From positions 1 through 64,000 of the forward strand of contig DAIDJN010000026.1 of NCBI GenBank assembly GCA_027451365.1: a stretch of 64,000 nucleotides of DNA, read 5' to 3'. A program made the translations under genes and the position numbers. Positions 61,999 through 64,000 of this stretch are shown here, one piece after another. Within the stretch, counting starts at the first letter, position 1; each line of letters starts with the position of its first letter. The stretch comes from Phycisphaerales bacterium. Its GTDB lineage: Bacteria; Planctomycetota; Phycisphaerae; WQYP01. The notes under the pieces were generated by a model. That model had not been told where the DNA came from. It saw only the letters and a list, made by a program, of their open reading frames with translations, and did not search any database.

Positions 61999-62926
61999 TG
62001 GTCAGGGCGCCAAACACCAGTCCAACCAGACCATTGACCGTCATAAAGGCCAGGTTGACGCGCGAAATATCATTTGGCTTTACCAGTGATTGTTCCAACA
62101 CAAGCAGCAAGGCGACCGCCGCCAGGCCAATCCAGAACAGCGGGCCAAGGAGAATCCCCCCCATCCAGCCAGTACCAAAGGCAGTCAGTGCCAATAACGT
62201 CATCAGATGGCACGACCTGGAGACCCACAATGCCCGGCCAATTCCCAACTTTGCGGGAATGGAAAATAATTTTTCCGCGCGATCTACCTCCATATCCTGA
62301 AGCGCGTAAAGAATATCAAAGCCGACTGTCCAGAAAGTAACCGCCGCACCAAGCCACAGAATTTGCGCATCAATCACCGGTCCATGCGGGGGGACAATCG
62401 CTATCCAGGCGCTGATCGGTGCCAGCCCCAGCGATGTTCCCAGAAAAAAATGACAGAGCCATGTAAACCGCTTGGTCAGGCTGTAACCGGCAATCCAGAC
62501 CAGCACCGGAACCGCCAGAATCAGCGGATAAATGTTATTCAGGAACAGATAAAACAGACCGCTTGCACCCACGAACAAAAGCCCGGTCAAAATCAGTAAC
62601 CCGGTCATGAATGGCGCGGATATCTGGCCGGTGACGCTGGGGCGGCGGGCGGTTCGTGGATTGCGCGCATCAAGGTCCCGGTCCGCCAGACGGTTGAAGG
62701 TCATGGCAAAGGTGCGAGCCGCCACCATGCACAAGACTATCAGCCCCAGGCGCGTCCAGCCCGGCCAGAGAAGTCCGATGCGCCGGGCGGCCAGAAACGT
62801 GCCGATCAGGGCAAATGGCATGGCAAAAATAGAATGCGAAAATTTAATCAGTTCAAGAAACGTTCGCACACGACTGGCCAAAGATAGCCGCTCACCAGTA
62901 GGAACGGTGCTGGGGGTAATCGTCAC
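61976..62926 (-). CDS. UbiA-family polyprenyltransferase (MqnP-like)
   Basis: IKFSHSIFAMPFA, AMTFNRLADRDLDARNPRT, YSLTKRFT, GFDILYALQD. GTG start overlaps the ubiX stop. Confidence 0.9.
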   Translation of the reverse strand: MTITPSTVPTGERLSLASRVRTFLELIKFSHSIFAMPFALIGTFLAARRIGLLWPGWTRLGLIVLCMVAARTFAMTFNRLADRDLDARNPRTARRPSVTGQISAPFMTGLLILTGLLFVGASGLFYLFLNNIYPLILAVPVLVWIAGYSLTKRFTWLCHFFLGTSLGLAPISAWIAIVPPHGPVIDAQILWLGAAVTFWTVGFDILYALQDMEVDRAEKLFSIPAKLGIGRALWVSRSCHLMTLLALTAFGTGWMGGILLGPLFWIGLAAVALLLVLEQSLVKPNDISRVNLAFMTVNGLVGLVFGALTISAVLLH

Positions 62927-63585
62927 GATGTGGAATCCTCCGGTCGCGGATTGGACCTGGCTGGTATGGATGTATCCGCATTCACCGGCGCGCCGGCACC
63001 GGCCCAGCGGATTTTCCACGGGTGTGCCACCTTTAATAGATCCAACACGCGCCCGGCCACCATGGTCACCAGATCATCGATCGACTGCGGATTCATATAA
63101 AATCCGGGACTGGCTGGACAAATGATGGCACCCGCTTCGGTGGCCTGCACCATATTCCGCAGTTCAATTAATCCCAGCGGCATCTCGCGATGCAGAATAA
63201 TAAGCGGACGGCGTTCCTTGAGCACAACCTGCGCGGCGCGGGTAATAAGATTATCGCCGATGCCGTGGGCGATTTGGGCAAGTTTGTTGCTTGAACAGGG
63301 CGCGACCACCATGCCGTACGTCTGGAAAGAACCGGATGCGACACAGGCACCCACATCATTGGCGGGCAAGGAGATTATTTCCCCGCGGGTCGGTTGGTCC
63401 AGCAGCCGCTGGCAGTCCGGGGTTTCCAGGCCAAGCTCATCATGAATCAGGCGACGGCCCGCCGGTGAAATAATCAGATACACGCGGATACCCGGCTGGT
63501 TAAGCCCCTGCAGTATCCGCCGGGCGTAGATGGCACCGGAAGCCCCGGTTACCGCCACAATTATATTTCGCATTTCAGTCGTCAT
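62923..63585 (-). CDS. ubiX: Flavin prenyltransferase UbiX
   Basis: VAVTGASGAIY, ASGS, VAPCS, NLITRAAQVVLKERRPL, PASPGFY. Confidence 0.94.
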   Translation of the reverse strand: MTTEMRNIIVAVTGASGAIYARRILQGLNQPGIRVYLIISPAGRRLIHDELGLETPDCQRLLDQPTRGEIISLPANDVGACVASGSFQTYGMVVAPCSSNKLAQIAHGIGDNLITRAAQVVLKERRPLIILHREMPLGLIELRNMVQATEAGAIICPASPGFYMNPQSIDDLVTMVAGRVLDLLKVAHPWKIRWAGAGAPVNADTSIPARSNPRPEDSTS

Positions 63586-63600
63586 TATGGCCGTTTCCAG

Positions 63601-63939
63601 TCAACTCATGCCAGCTTGTTCAAGTTCTTCTTCTGCGGTAAGTTCGGTTTCCAGAACGCCAAACTGGTTGAACCAGTCGTAAATATGGGGATGATTCAAA
63701 AAATCATTGCCATATTGCAGTCGCAGCGGACTGGAAAAATCGATTCCGGCACAGTCGCGCAAATGATCCAGCAGTGTCATGCTGGCGAAAAACCAGCCGG
63801 GTTTAATCACGTCCGGCAGACGGGCGCAATAAATCGCGAGATTTTCTGATCCGACCACCTGGCGGCAGCGGCGGCATCGCCAGGAACAGCGGACAATTCG
63901 CCGCATGATCGGTTCAACTTCCTCCGTCCGCTTACGCAT
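63601..63939 (-). CDS. Small hypothetical protein upstream of ubiX
   Basis: 112-aa ORF ending 15 bp before the ubiX start, with a CxxC motif and an acidic tail. Confidence 0.5.
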   Translation of the reverse strand: MRKRTEEVEPIMRRIVRCSWRCRRCRQVVGSENLAIYCARLPDVIKPGWFFASMTLLDHLRDCAGIDFSSPLRLQYGNDFLNHPHIYDWFNQFGVLETELTAEEELEQAGMS

Positions 63940-64000
63940 GGCGCACCCCGCGGTAGCAATAGCAGACCCCCATGGTTAAACCATGGGCCTGTACGTCCGT

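Overview
This is a GC-rich bacterial chromosomal segment. It is most likely from Planctomycetota, probably Phycisphaerae, inferred from the MoxR/DUF58/VWA/coiled-coil cluster, secretin-N-like proteins lacking a secretin core, and the CysRS and prepilin-peptidase inserts. The core carries a rhamnose-type isomerase, purM, tal, a prepilin peptidase, comM/yifB, thiL, tsaE, trxA, two exported GH2 glycosidases, dedA, cysS, an aldehyde dehydrogenase, clpC, a MoxR operon, a Pat-type acetyltransferase, dksA-like, lacI-like and NYN genes, pyrC and ubiX/ubiA-like genes. Three accessory patches stand out. (1) At 1-4050, an IS1202/ISNCY remnant has its 50-bp end duplicated in direct orientation around a membrane-protein gene and a NotI-family nuclease plus Dam-type methylase. 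(2) At 27274-29465, a Schlafen/AlbA_2-HATPase gene is coupled to a ParA-like gene. (3) At 53.6-59 kb, two start-less RHS core/C-terminal cassettes each begin at a REP-like hairpin, with candidate immunity genes and a 57-bp direct repeat. The best candidate for an undescribed system in the core region is a ribbon-helix-helix/multi-CxxC regulator with two similar 17-bp upstream boxes, followed by a His-rich NiCoT/UreH-like permease. No rRNA, tRNA or CRISPR array was recognised. All calls come from reading motifs by eye; no searches were run.
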